Positions 27,086-35,777 of a stretch of DNA of 45,574 nucleotides are shown here, piece after piece. The notes beneath the pieces were generated by a model that was not told the origin of the DNA, ran no database searches, and saw only the letters and a program-made list of their open reading frames with translations. Position 1 is the stretch's first letter; every line of letters begins with the position of its first letter. Origin of the DNA: Candidatus Sumerlaeota bacterium (GTDB taxonomy: Bacteria > Sumerlaeota > Sumerlaeia > SLMS01); contig SLOM01000150.1 of NCBI GenBank assembly GCA_007132505.1, positions 1 through 45,574 on the forward strand, given 5' to 3'. Both the position numbers and the translations under genes were made by a program.

Positions 27086-27634
27086 ATGTACCTGTGGAAG
27101 GCAACTTTCCTGACCTGCCTGTTGGCCGCCATCACGGTGGCTGCGGCCGGCTGCCAGCACATGCCCCGGGCTGAGGTGAAGGACTACGATACGTTCCAAC
27201 TGATCAACCTGGGCGAGGTTTGGTACACGGCGCCCGAGGGCCTGCCGGTCATCGAGCGCGGCCGGGGTTACGTGGTCCACTCAGTGGACGCAATTCCGGG
27301 TGCCCACCTGCGCATCGAAGCAGACCCATCCCCACCCCGAAGCCTCCGCGTGGACGCGGGAACCCACAAGCGGCGCTTCGTGAGTGAGGTGGCGGTCCTC
27401 GCCTCCTCCAGCGTCCAGTACAGCGACCGGAAGGACCGCGAGATCGTGAAGGTCATCGCCCGCAGCAGGCTCGACGACCCGAACGCACGGTTCGGCTCCA
27501 TGATGCTCATCCGCAAGGACCGGACGACGGCCATCGTGAAGGTCTGGGGGCCACTGGCAAAGCGGACCGAAATGAACAACCTGATCGAGCGCATGTCACG
27601 CCACATTCAGTTCGGGGAGCTGGACCTGCTGTAG
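27086..27634 (+). CDS. Hypothetical lipoprotein
   Basis: Lipobox AAAGC after a hydrophobic stretch, GGAG RBS, host-like codon usage. Confidence 0.75.
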   Translation: MYLWKATFLTCLLAAITVAAAGCQHMPRAEVKDYDTFQLINLGEVWYTAPEGLPVIERGRGYVVHSVDAIPGAHLRIEADPSPPRSLRVDAGTHKRRFVSEVAVLASSSVQYSDRKDREIVKVIARSRLDDPNARFGSMMLIRKDRTTAIVKVWGPLAKRTEMNNLIERMSRHIQFGELDLL

Positions 27635-27665
27635 GCCTGACCTCCCCATCGGCAAACCCCTGCGC

Positions 27666-27714
27666 GGGCCCCCGGGCGGAAGTCGTTGCAACGCCCGGGG
27701 GCCTTTCCCATTTT
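27666..27714 (+). terminator. Rho-independent terminator
   Basis: GGCCCCCGGGCG-13 nt loop-CGCCCGGGGGCC followed by TTTCCCATTTT. Confidence 0.6.
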
Positions 27715-27749
27715 AATCGTGGCACTCGACCCCCAAGGAGGCACTGGCC

Positions 27750-28790
27750 ATGGCAAAACGAGACGATGACTCCCCGTTCGCCCGGATTTCCGGGGGAGGC
27801 GGGGGGAGGGATTTCTCCCCCGAGGAGATTGAGCAGGCGCTGAAAACCGTCGGGAAGGTCCTTCTGGCCGTTCCGATCCTCATGCTGGCGGTGTGGGGAG
27901 CTCTGACGAGCTTCTACACGGTGGAGCCCGAGGAGCGTGCGGTGGTGACGCGCTTCGGCGAAGTCATCGGCATCAGCGACCCCGGCCTGCACTTCAAGAT
28001 TCCGTTCGGGATTGATCAGGCACATAAGGTGGCAACCGAGCGGCTCCTCAAGGAGGAGTTTGGCTTCCGCACGGCCCGCGTGGACCCGGAGCGAGCAACC
28101 CAGTACGCACCGGGGGACTTCTCCCACGAATCACTCATGCTCACCGGCGACCTGAACGTCATAGACGTGACATGGGTGGTGCAGTACCGGATCTCGGACC
28201 CGGAGAAGTTCCTGTTCCAGATCAGAAACCCCACGCAGACTCTGCGTGACGTGTCCGAGGCGGTCATGCGCCAGATCATCGGCAACCGGCTCGGGAGCGA
28301 GGCGCTCACGGTGGGACGTGTGGAGATCGCGCTCAAGGCACAGGAGGAAATCCAGAGCATCCTGGACAAGTACGACTCCGGCCTGCGGGTCAGCACGGTG
28401 GAGCTGCAGGACGTGGTCCCGCCCGCACGCGTCCAGCCCGCCTTCAACGAGGTCAACGTCGCGCGGCAGGAGCGCGAACGCATGATCAACGAGGCGGAGA
28501 AGCGCCGCAACCAGGTGATACCGGCAGCTCGCGGTGAGGCACGCCAAGTCGTTTCCGAGGCGGAGGGCTACCGCACGGAGCGCATCAACCGCGCCCACGG
28601 CGACGTGGCACGCTTCAGCGCCATCCTGGAGGAATACGCCTCCGCGCCCGAGGTAACCCGCCGGCGCCTTTACCTTGAAACCATGACGGAGGTCCTCCCG
28701 ACCGTCGGCAGTGTCTATGTCGTCCAGGAGGGGCAGCCGCTGCCCTTGCTCAACCTGGGCACCCCCGTCCGCCAGGAGAGAAGCCAATGA
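27750..28790 (+). CDS. hflK: FtsH protease modulator HflK
   Basis: SPFH domain: AVVTRFG...PGLHFKIPFGID, SLMLTGDLN, VELQDVVPP, APEVTRRRLYLETM. AAGGAGG RBS. Confidence 0.95.
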   Translation: MAKRDDDSPFARISGGGGGRDFSPEEIEQALKTVGKVLLAVPILMLAVWGALTSFYTVEPEERAVVTRFGEVIGISDPGLHFKIPFGIDQAHKVATERLLKEEFGFRTARVDPERATQYAPGDFSHESLMLTGDLNVIDVTWVVQYRISDPEKFLFQIRNPTQTLRDVSEAVMRQIIGNRLGSEALTVGRVEIALKAQEEIQSILDKYDSGLRVSTVELQDVVPPARVQPAFNEVNVARQERERMINEAEKRRNQVIPAARGEARQVVSEAEGYRTERINRAHGDVARFSAILEEYASAPEVTRRRLYLETMTEVLPTVGSVYVVQEGQPLPLLNLGTPVRQERSQ

Positions 28791-29833
28791 CTATCAGGAA
28801 GACAACACTCGCAAAGCTTACGGTCCTTGCCGTCGTCCTGGCGGCAGGCCTCGTGACGGTGTTCTCCGCCGCCTACGTCATCAGGCCGCACGAGCAGGCC
28901 ATCATCACCCAGTTCGGCGAGCCGATCGGCGAGGCGGTGACGGAGCCCGGCCTGCACTGGAAGCGCCCCTTCATCCAGGACGTGCGCCGGTTCGACAAGC
29001 GCCTCCTGCTTTGGGACGGCGAACCGAACCAGATCCCCACGCTGGGACGCGAATTCATCTCCGTGGACACGATGGCGCGCTGGCGCATCACCGATCCGCT
29101 GCTGTTCCTGCGGACGATCCGCGACGAGCGCAACGCCCTCTCCCGACTGGACGACATCATTGACTCGGTCGTCCGCGACACCGTCTCCGGAACCGAGCTG
29201 GAGGAGATCGTCCGCTCGCACGACTGGCGCGTGGATGCCGTGGAGATGGTGGACGACCCGGCGCTCGAACGCACCGACGTGGACCTTGAGGCACGCCCGC
29301 AGATGGGGCGCGAGCAGCTCGTGGAGAACATCCTCCGCGAGGCGGGGCGCAACCTGCCCCAGTTCGGTATCGAGCTGGTGGACGTGCGCATCAAGCGGCT
29401 GAACTACATTGACGACGTGCGGCGCAAGGTCGAGGAGCGCATGATCTCCGAGCGCCAGCGCATCGCCGAGCAGTTCCGCTCCGAGGGCCGCGGAGAGAGC
29501 GCGGAGATCGAAGGCGAGACCGAACGCGAGCTTCGTGAAATCCGCTCCGGCGCCCAGCGCGAGGCGGAGGAAATCCGCGGCCGCGGTGACGCGGAGGCAA
29601 CCCGCATCTACGGCGTCGCCTACAGTCAGGACCCGGAATTCTACGCCTTCTTCCAGACGCTGGAAAGCTACCGCAAGACCCTGCAGGGCAACACCACGCT
29701 GATGATCCGGAGCGATTCGGACTTCGTGCGCTATCTGCAGGACCTCTCGGTGGAGGACATCCCCTCGATCACAGTGGGTGGACTCGAAAACAACGCCGAG
29801 ACCGGCGGGTCCGGCGGCAACAATTCGGAGTAG
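28787..29833 (+). CDS. hflC: FtsH protease modulator HflC
   Basis: AIITQFG...PGLHWKRPFIQ, RWRITDPLLF, GIELVDVRIKR, RMISERQRIAEQFRSEG, DPEFYAF. ATGA overlap with hflK. Confidence 0.95.
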   Translation: MTIRKTTLAKLTVLAVVLAAGLVTVFSAAYVIRPHEQAIITQFGEPIGEAVTEPGLHWKRPFIQDVRRFDKRLLLWDGEPNQIPTLGREFISVDTMARWRITDPLLFLRTIRDERNALSRLDDIIDSVVRDTVSGTELEEIVRSHDWRVDAVEMVDDPALERTDVDLEARPQMGREQLVENILREAGRNLPQFGIELVDVRIKRLNYIDDVRRKVEERMISERQRIAEQFRSEGRGESAEIEGETERELREIRSGAQREAEEIRGRGDAEATRIYGVAYSQDPEFYAFFQTLESYRKTLQGNTTLMIRSDSDFVRYLQDLSVEDIPSITVGGLENNAETGGSGGNNSE

Positions 29834-29834
29834 G

Positions 29835-29948
29835 TCAGAAGAACCGGTTGGTCAGCTCGATGTACAGCAGGGCCAGACAGATGCCCACGCTGACACCGAG
29901 AGCGAAAATCGCGATGAGGCGGGTGTTTTCGCTGCCGGGGCCGTTCAT
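29835..29948 (-). CDS. Possible small single-pass membrane protein (37 aa)
   Basis: MNGPGSENTRLIAIFALGVSVGICLALLYIELTNRFF, ending 1 nt from the hflC stop. Weak RBS. Confidence 0.35.
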   Translation of the reverse strand: MNGPGSENTRLIAIFALGVSVGICLALLYIELTNRFF

Positions 29949-29983
29949 ACAGTAGGGCTGGTTCCTGGTTGTTTTGACACCTT

Positions 29984-30017
29984 GGGCCGGGCACCCACCT
30001 TCGGGTGGGTCCGGCCC
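29984..30017. terminator. Strong hairpin with c(UUCG)g loop between the convergent hflC and aroK units
   Basis: GGGCCGG-gc-ACCCACC-TTCG-GGTGGGT-CCGGCCC, with no U-tract on either side. Confidence 0.5.
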
Positions 30018-30024
30018 GCTGCCT

Positions 30025-30555
30025 TCACCCATCGCCTGCGGTGCGCTTGGCCATCTCGTCCAGCAGGTAATCGGCGACTTCGGCCACGCTGAGGTCGTCG
30101 GTCTCGACCGTGATGTCGGCCTTCTTGTAGAAGGGTTCGCGGTCGAGCAGGATCCTTTCGATCTCCTTGCGCGGGTTGGGGGAGTTTGCGATGAGCGGCC
30201 GGTTCGCGTCGTTCTTGATGCGTTGATAGAGCTCGCGGGGGCTGGCCTTGAGATAGACAGTGTGCCCGATGCGGCGGAAGACCTGGCGATTCTGGGGGTC
30301 AATGACGGCGCCTCCGCCGGTTGCAATCACGCGGGAGAGCGACCCTTCCAGGGTCAGGATTACCTCCGACTCAAGGGCACGGAAGCCGGTTTCTCCGTGT
30401 TCCTCGAATATCTGAGGGATGGTTTTCCCGGTGCGGCGGACGATCAAATCGTCCGTATCCACAAAGTCATAACCGAGCAGTTCCGCCAGCGCCCGGCCGA
30501 CCGCCGACTTTCCCGAGCCCATCGGCCCGACAAGGGTGACGCATCGCTGAGACAT
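30025..30555 (-). CDS. aroK: Shikimate kinase
   Basis: LVGPMGSGKSAVG, DTDDLI, GETGFRALE, VIATGGG, RPLI. Confidence 0.97.
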   Translation of the reverse strand: MSQRCVTLVGPMGSGKSAVGRALAELLGYDFVDTDDLIVRRTGKTIPQIFEEHGETGFRALESEVILTLEGSLSRVIATGGGAVIDPQNRQVFRRIGHTVYLKASPRELYQRIKNDANRPLIANSPNPRKEIERILLDREPFYKKADITVETDDLSVAEVADYLLDEMAKRTAGDG

Positions 30556-30576
30556 GTATAGACATCTCCTTGAGCG

Positions 30577-31497
30577 TTATCGTTTGGCCTGCTGGCCGGC
30601 GGACCGGTCTGCCTTGCCCGGCGCCGCCGTGAGGGCCTCCCGCATGACGCGCCGGTCCGGCGTCCGCCCGAGCCAGAACTCAAAGGCCGCGGCCCCCTGC
30701 TCCAGCAACATGGCCAGCCCATCGGTGACGCGAAGGCCCCGGGCACGGGCCTGCTCGAGCAGCGGGGTCTCGAGGGGCGAGTAAACGGCCTCCAGCACAT
30801 GACACTGGGGCGGCAGTATCGCCGTGTCCACCGGAACCGTCCGGTCCCCGTCCATGCCCGCACTGCTCATCTGAAGAAACGCGGCGACCTCTGGCCAGTC
30901 CACCGGATGGTCAAGGCCTCCGGCCTCCCACCGGATGCTGCGCGGTAGGGCGGAGGAGGAGGAGAGCTCCTGCACCAGTTTCTCGGCTCGGGCGGGTGTG
31001 CGGTTCAGGATCGTGATGGCACCGGCCCCGGCAAGGGCACAGCCGGCGGCGGTCCCCCGCGCGGCTCCTCCGGCTCCCGCAATGACGACGTGCCGGCCGC
31101 GCACGTCCGTCCCATCCTCCGCAAGGGCCCTTACCGCCCCCTCCCCGTCGGTGTTGTGGCCGGTGAGCCGTCCATCCGGTTCCACGCGGACCGTGTTCAC
31201 GGCGCCGATGGCCGCGGCGATGTCCGTCAGGTGGTCCATCAGCGGCGCCGTTGCTTCCTTGTGGGGTATGGTGACGCTGCCCCCGATGAACTGCATGGCG
31301 CGCATGCCGGCGAGTGCCGCCGGGAGGTGCTCCGGCCTGACGGGGAGCGGCAGATAGACGGCGTTGATCTCCGCGCGGAGCAGTGCCGCGTTGTGCATGA
31401 CGGGCGAGCGGGTGTGCTCCACGGGCCAGCCCAGCACGCCGAGAAGACGCGTCTTTCCGTTGATAGGGACCGCTGCGCCGCTGCCTAGAAGATCCAT
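30577..31497 (-). CDS. aroE: Shikimate dehydrogenase
   Basis: GWPVEHTRSPVMHN, SVTIPHKE, GAVNT, GHNTDG, GAGGAAR, DGLAMLLEQG. Start uncertain. Confidence 0.95.
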   Translation of the reverse strand: MDLLGSGAAVPINGKTRLLGVLGWPVEHTRSPVMHNAALLRAEINAVYLPLPVRPEHLPAALAGMRAMQFIGGSVTIPHKEATAPLMDHLTDIAAAIGAVNTVRVEPDGRLTGHNTDGEGAVRALAEDGTDVRGRHVVIAGAGGAARGTAAGCALAGAGAITILNRTPARAEKLVQELSSSSALPRSIRWEAGGLDHPVDWPEVAAFLQMSSAGMDGDRTVPVDTAILPPQCHVLEAVYSPLETPLLEQARARGLRVTDGLAMLLEQGAAAFEFWLGRTPDRRVMREALTAAPGKADRSAGQQAKR

Positions 31498-32642
31498 TGG
31501 GACACGAACCGCTGAAGAGGTTGGTGGAAGATCAGAACCACGATGGCCGCCAGCGCAATCCACGGCCCGAACGGCAGGTGGTGCACGGACCGGGGCCGGG
31601 GGGCGCTGCGGGCGATTTCCTCGATACGGCTCACGGCCGGAGATGGATCGCCGGAGGAGCTGCCTTCCGTTACTTCGAGGAGGGCGGGCGCTTCCTGCAA
31701 GACTGAACTTGGGTTCTCGCGAACGGCGGAGAGGATCATGCCCACCGCACCGCCCACGACTCCGAACAGGCAGGCCAGGAAGAGGGTCAGCAGGCTGCCG
31801 AGAATCCCCATCGCCGCGCCGATCATGGCGAAGAGCTTCACGTCCCCGAAGCCCATCGCGTCCTTGCGGAAGAGCACTTTCCCGATGACGCCGATGGAAT
31901 AGAGCAGGCTGAACCCGAAGGCGGCTCCGATGGCGGCGTTGGCGGGCGCGTCCCACCAGCGGTGTGCCTCCGCGGGCAGGTCGAGTGCTTTTGGCCCGTC
32001 AGACAGTGCAAGCATCATCGTGTAGAGGTCCGCATCCCAGTACTCCCGGACGATGGGGAAGGGACCGAACTGGATCAGCAGGGGAAACTGATCCAGCAGG
32101 CCGATGGGAACGGAAAGAACCAGCGCCGCGATGGCGCCCCCGACCGTCACACCGTCCGGGATGATCCAATGGTCCAGGTCGGTGAAGGTGCCCACGATGA
32201 GCAGTCCGGCAAAGGCCAGATACCAGAGCGTGGCAGCCTGTAGAGTCTCCGAGCCGGGAGGGCTCGTCCCCATAAAGACAGCCAGGAAGACGATGGCGGT
32301 GAGGAGTTCCACAGCCATGTAGCGGGGGCTGAAGCCGGCGCCGCACTGGCGGCATTTCCCACGCAACAGCAGGTAGCTGAGGACGGGGATGTTGTCGTGC
32401 CACCTGATCTGGGACCCGCAGCGGAAGCAGAAGCTCCGGCGGGGCGAGTTGACCGAAAGACCCAGTGGGATGCGGTAGATGCAGACGTTGAAGAAGGAGC
32501 CGAGAAAGAGGCCGAAGACGAAGACGACCACGCACAGGAAGGGGTAGAGTTCCTGCACGGGGCTGATCCCGCCCATGGCTGTGGCGAGCTGCTGGATCAC
32601 GGCTTCCTTTTCCGGATTTGAGGTGCCGTTTGCCTCCCCCAC
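31485..32642 (-). CDS. pilD: Prepilin peptidase / N-methyltransferase
   Basis: GSFFNVCIYRIP, SFCFRC...DNIPVLSYLLLRGKCRQC, FTDLDHWIIPD, MGFGDVKL, LPFGPWI. Confidence 0.95.
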   Translation of the reverse strand: MGEANGTSNPEKEAVIQQLATAMGGISPVQELYPFLCVVVFVFGLFLGSFFNVCIYRIPLGLSVNSPRRSFCFRCGSQIRWHDNIPVLSYLLLRGKCRQCGAGFSPRYMAVELLTAIVFLAVFMGTSPPGSETLQAATLWYLAFAGLLIVGTFTDLDHWIIPDGVTVGGAIAALVLSVPIGLLDQFPLLIQFGPFPIVREYWDADLYTMMLALSDGPKALDLPAEAHRWWDAPANAAIGAAFGFSLLYSIGVIGKVLFRKDAMGFGDVKLFAMIGAAMGILGSLLTLFLACLFGVVGGAVGMILSAVRENPSSVLQEAPALLEVTEGSSSGDPSPAVSRIEEIARSAPRPRSVHHLPFGPWIALAAIVVLIFHQPLQRFVSQWIF

Positions 32643-32852
32643 CGGCGCGGAAGTGCCGCCCCGGGGCCGGGAGCCGGGCGAGATTGAGCCCCGGAAAAGG
32701 CGGGATCAACGAAAAGGATGGCAGTTTCTGCTTTAGGCCGCCCCTCGGTTCGTGCTAGCATGCTTTTTCAGGGTCGGCTTGGGACATTCTGCTTCGTGGA
32801 TGTTTCCCCGAGGACGGGACCCCCAACACTTCCTCTCAGGACGAACGCATCC

Positions 32853-33518
32853 ATGATGAAATTCAACATCGGTGAGACGGTGATCGAGCCCACCAACGGC
32901 ATCTGCACGATGGAAGGCATGCGCCGCATGACGGTGGACAATCAGGAAATGACCGTCTACATCTTCCAAGCCGCCAACGCCAAAGTGTACGTCCCGGCCG
33001 ATCAGGTCGAGAACCGCAACATCCGCCGGCCCATGGAGCGCGAGGAAGTAAAACGCGTCCTCACCTCCCTCAAGCAGCCCGTCTCCCCCAACCGCGAAGA
33101 CGCGCGCCTGCAGTACAACAACTACCGCGACATCATGAAGTCCGGCGACCCGATGAAAATCGCGCGCCTGCTCCGCGATCTCTACATCCTCGACCAGATG
33201 GACGACCTGAAGGGGAAGGAAAAGGAGATCATGGACCAGGCAAAGAAGTTCCTCTGCGACGAAATCTCCTACATCCGGCAGGTCAGCAAGTCCCAGGTCA
33301 TGGAGCAGATCAACGAGTCGCTCCGCCAGATGTACAAGAAGAAGGTCCAGAAGGACAAGGAACGCGCCAAGAAGAGCGGCGTTGACGTGAAGATGGGCAT
33401 CCTCGGCTACGGCGATGACGACGAGGGTGAAGACGCCGCGGAGGAGAGCGCCTCCGATGAAGGAGAAAGGGAAGGGGAAGGTGCAGAGGGAGAAGCGAAG
33501 GAAGAAAAGAAAGACTGA
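32853..33518 (+). CDS. carD: CarD/CdnL family RNA polymerase-binding regulator (atypical, with acidic tail)
   Basis: FNIGETVIEPTNG...VYVP...IRR (RNAP-interacting domain), KSGDPMKIARLLRDL, EKEIMDQAKKFLCDEIS. Confidence 0.8.
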   Translation: MMKFNIGETVIEPTNGICTMEGMRRMTVDNQEMTVYIFQAANAKVYVPADQVENRNIRRPMEREEVKRVLTSLKQPVSPNREDARLQYNNYRDIMKSGDPMKIARLLRDLYILDQMDDLKGKEKEIMDQAKKFLCDEISYIRQVSKSQVMEQINESLRQMYKKKVQKDKERAKKSGVDVKMGILGYGDDDEGEDAAEESASDEGEREGEGAEGEAKEEKKD

Positions 33519-33543
33519 GTGAACAGGAGCCAGCGCTGACGCC

Positions 33544-34260
33544 ATGAGCGACCTTGCCAAGCAGCACGCGGGAGAATACGCCGCAAACCTTGCGGAAGAC
33601 GGGATGCTGCTGGGACTCGGCACGGGCAGCACGGCCGCCTGGGCCATCACCCGGCTCGGCGAGCGCATGCAAAAGGAAGAGCTCAACGTCACCGGCGTCG
33701 CCACTTCCCGCTCCAGCCTGGAGCTGGCACGTCAGGCGGGCATCCCCTTGGAGGATCCCTCGCCCGGGCGCATAGTGGACCTCTACATTGATGGGGCGGA
33801 TGAGGCGGATGACCTCGGCCGGCTGATCAAGGGGGGCGGAGGCGCGCTGCTGCGCGAGAAGATCGTCGCCATTCACTCCCAACGTCACATCATCGTGATA
33901 GATCCATCCAAGAAGGTTCGGGTCCTCGGACGGGCGTTTCCGCTTCCCGTGGAGGTGGTTCCCTTCGGGCACATGGTGACGGCGCGCCACATCGAGGGGG
34001 CCACCCGGAGCCGGGCGGTGCTGCGGACCGTCGGCGGGGAAGTCCCCTTCATGACGGACAACGGAGGCTATGTGTACGACCTCCACTTCGAGTCCGGCAT
34101 CGCGGACCCGGAGACAGTGGCGGCCACGCTCGCCAGCCTTGTGGGAGTCGTGGAGCACGGTCTTTTCCTCGGTCTGTGTGATGTGCTGGTGACCGGCACC
34201 GAAGAAGGCGTGCAAACAAAGGAAATAGACAAGACCACGGCAAAGACGAGGGAAGCATGA
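33544..34260 (+). CDS. rpiA: Ribose-5-phosphate isomerase A
   Basis: GLGTGST, IDGADE, IKGGGGALLREKIVA, PLPVEV, TDNG, GVVEHGLF. Confidence 0.97.
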   Translation: MSDLAKQHAGEYAANLAEDGMLLGLGTGSTAAWAITRLGERMQKEELNVTGVATSRSSLELARQAGIPLEDPSPGRIVDLYIDGADEADDLGRLIKGGGGALLREKIVAIHSQRHIIVIDPSKKVRVLGRAFPLPVEVVPFGHMVTARHIEGATRSRAVLRTVGGEVPFMTDNGGYVYDLHFESGIADPETVAATLASLVGVVEHGLFLGLCDVLVTGTEEGVQTKEIDKTTAKTREA

Positions 34261-34961
34261 CACTCAAGGCAGCAGTGGTAACCTTCCCTGGCTCCAACTG
34301 CGATCAGGACATGCACCGGGCCGTGCAGCTCATGCAGTGGGACCTGGTGAAGCTTTGGCACGGCAACGCCCTCGAGGAGCCGGTGGACCTGATCCTGATC
34401 CCGGGCGGGTTCAGCTACGGGGACTACCTGCGCTGCGGGGCGCTGGCACGCTTCTCACCCGCGATGGCATCTGTCCACGAACATGCCAGGCAGGGCGGCG
34501 GCATCCTTGGTGTCTGCAACGGGTTCCAGATTCTCTGCGAGGCGGGACTGCTCCCCGGTGCGCTCACGCGCAACGCGGGGCTGAAGTTCCGGTGCATCTG
34601 GACGCACCTGCGGGTGGAGGAGAACAGCGCACCGCTGGCGGCCGGCCTGCAGCAGGGGGCAACGATCCGCATCCCGATCGCGCACGGCGAGGGGAACTAC
34701 CAGTGCCACGCGGAGGACCTCGTCCGCCTGCGGGAAAAGGGGCAGATCGTTTTCCGCTATGCCACGCCCGAGGGTAAAGTCAACGAGGCGAGCAACCCCA
34801 ACGGCTCCATGGACAACATCGCAGGCATTACGGACGAGGCGGGCAGAATCCTCGGCATGATGCCCCACCCCGAGCGCGCCATGGAGGATATCCTCGGAGG
34901 AACCGAGGGACGGCGGGTCTTCGAGTCCATCGAGATGGCGCTGGCCCGTGCCGGTGCCTGA
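34257..34961 (+). CDS. purQ: Phosphoribosylformylglycinamidine synthase subunit PurQ
   Basis: VTFPGSNCD, PGGFSYGDYLRCG, GVCNGFQIL, PIAHGEG, NPNGS, GMMPHPER. Confidence 0.97.
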   Translation: MTLKAAVVTFPGSNCDQDMHRAVQLMQWDLVKLWHGNALEEPVDLILIPGGFSYGDYLRCGALARFSPAMASVHEHARQGGGILGVCNGFQILCEAGLLPGALTRNAGLKFRCIWTHLRVEENSAPLAAGLQQGATIRIPIAHGEGNYQCHAEDLVRLREKGQIVFRYATPEGKVNEASNPNGSMDNIAGITDEAGRILGMMPHPERAMEDILGGTEGRRVFESIEMALARAGA

Positions 34962-35012
34962 GCCAATGCACGATACCAGGCGCAAGGACAGGGGGCAACC
35001 GGCTCCCGGGAC

Positions 35013-35684
35013 ATGAATCGCTTCCTTATAGACCTGCACTGCCACACCCAGGACCACAGCTACGACGGGCAGGTTCCGGCTGAGGAGATGTGCCGGAAGC
35101 TGCTGGCATTGGGCTTCGCAGGCGTCGCGTTTACGGACCACAACTACGTCTGGCCCCAAGAGGAGTTGGAGGAATTGCGCGAGAGGGCAGGCCTGCCCGG
35201 GCACTTCTGCCTTTTCTCCGGCCAGGAGGTGCGGACCGCCTCCGAGGGCATCGTGCGCGGGGACCTGCTGGTGTTTGGTGTTCCGGTGTGTCTGCCGGAC
35301 GACACGGACCCGCGGGAACTTTTCCGCCTGATAAACGAGCACGGAGGGTTCTGCCTGGCGCCACATCCGGGCGTACCGCGGATCGGGTTCGAGGAGGACC
35401 TTGCCAACTTCCCCATCGTGGCGGCGGAGTCCTGGAACGGGCGCTACGGGCGCGACGTGGCAAGGCGCTCCCGCCTGCTGATAGACGCCTGCGGGCTGCC
35501 GGAATTCGGTGGCTCGGACGCCCACCGTCCGGAGGAAATCGGCGGTGGAGGGACCACGTTCCCCCGCACACCCGAGAGCCTTGAGGACATCGCCCGCATG
35601 CTCAGCGCCGGTGAGGGCCAGCCCTGGATACCTGGCTCCGTGGACCGTATGCGCCGCTGGCTCCGCAAGCGCATGGCGATCTGA
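35013..35684 (+). CDS. PHP-domain metal-dependent phosphoesterase
   Basis: IDLHCHT, FTDHN, GQEV, APHP, GGSDAH. Confidence 0.9.
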   Translation: MNRFLIDLHCHTQDHSYDGQVPAEEMCRKLLALGFAGVAFTDHNYVWPQEELEELRERAGLPGHFCLFSGQEVRTASEGIVRGDLLVFGVPVCLPDDTDPRELFRLINEHGGFCLAPHPGVPRIGFEEDLANFPIVAAESWNGRYGRDVARRSRLLIDACGLPEFGGSDAHRPEEIGGGGTTFPRTPESLEDIARMLSAGEGQPWIPGSVDRMRRWLRKRMAI

Positions 35685-35777
35685 GTCCCACGATTCACCC
35701 GATATCAGTCAGAAATCTGTTCTGAATAGACAAGGGCTTTGGCCGCGGAGGATTTGCCGGCTGCCGGTGTCCCAGCC

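Noticed and set aside
27720-27745. CIRCE (HrcA) element before hflK
   Set aside because: Only a left half-like TGGCACTC is present. The right arm at 9-nt spacing reads GGAGGCAC (the RBS), not GAGTGCTAA.
30455-30463. DnaA-box-like GTATCCACA suggesting an origin
   Set aside because: It is a single mismatched box inside aroK, with no box cluster or AT-rich unwinding element seen in the window.
35685-35777. CGATTCACCCGAT (35691-35703) as a third, inverted copy of the 102-bp repeat
   Set aside because: Only 13 nt match, with a gap, and the flanks do not align. It may be a remnant but cannot be supported.
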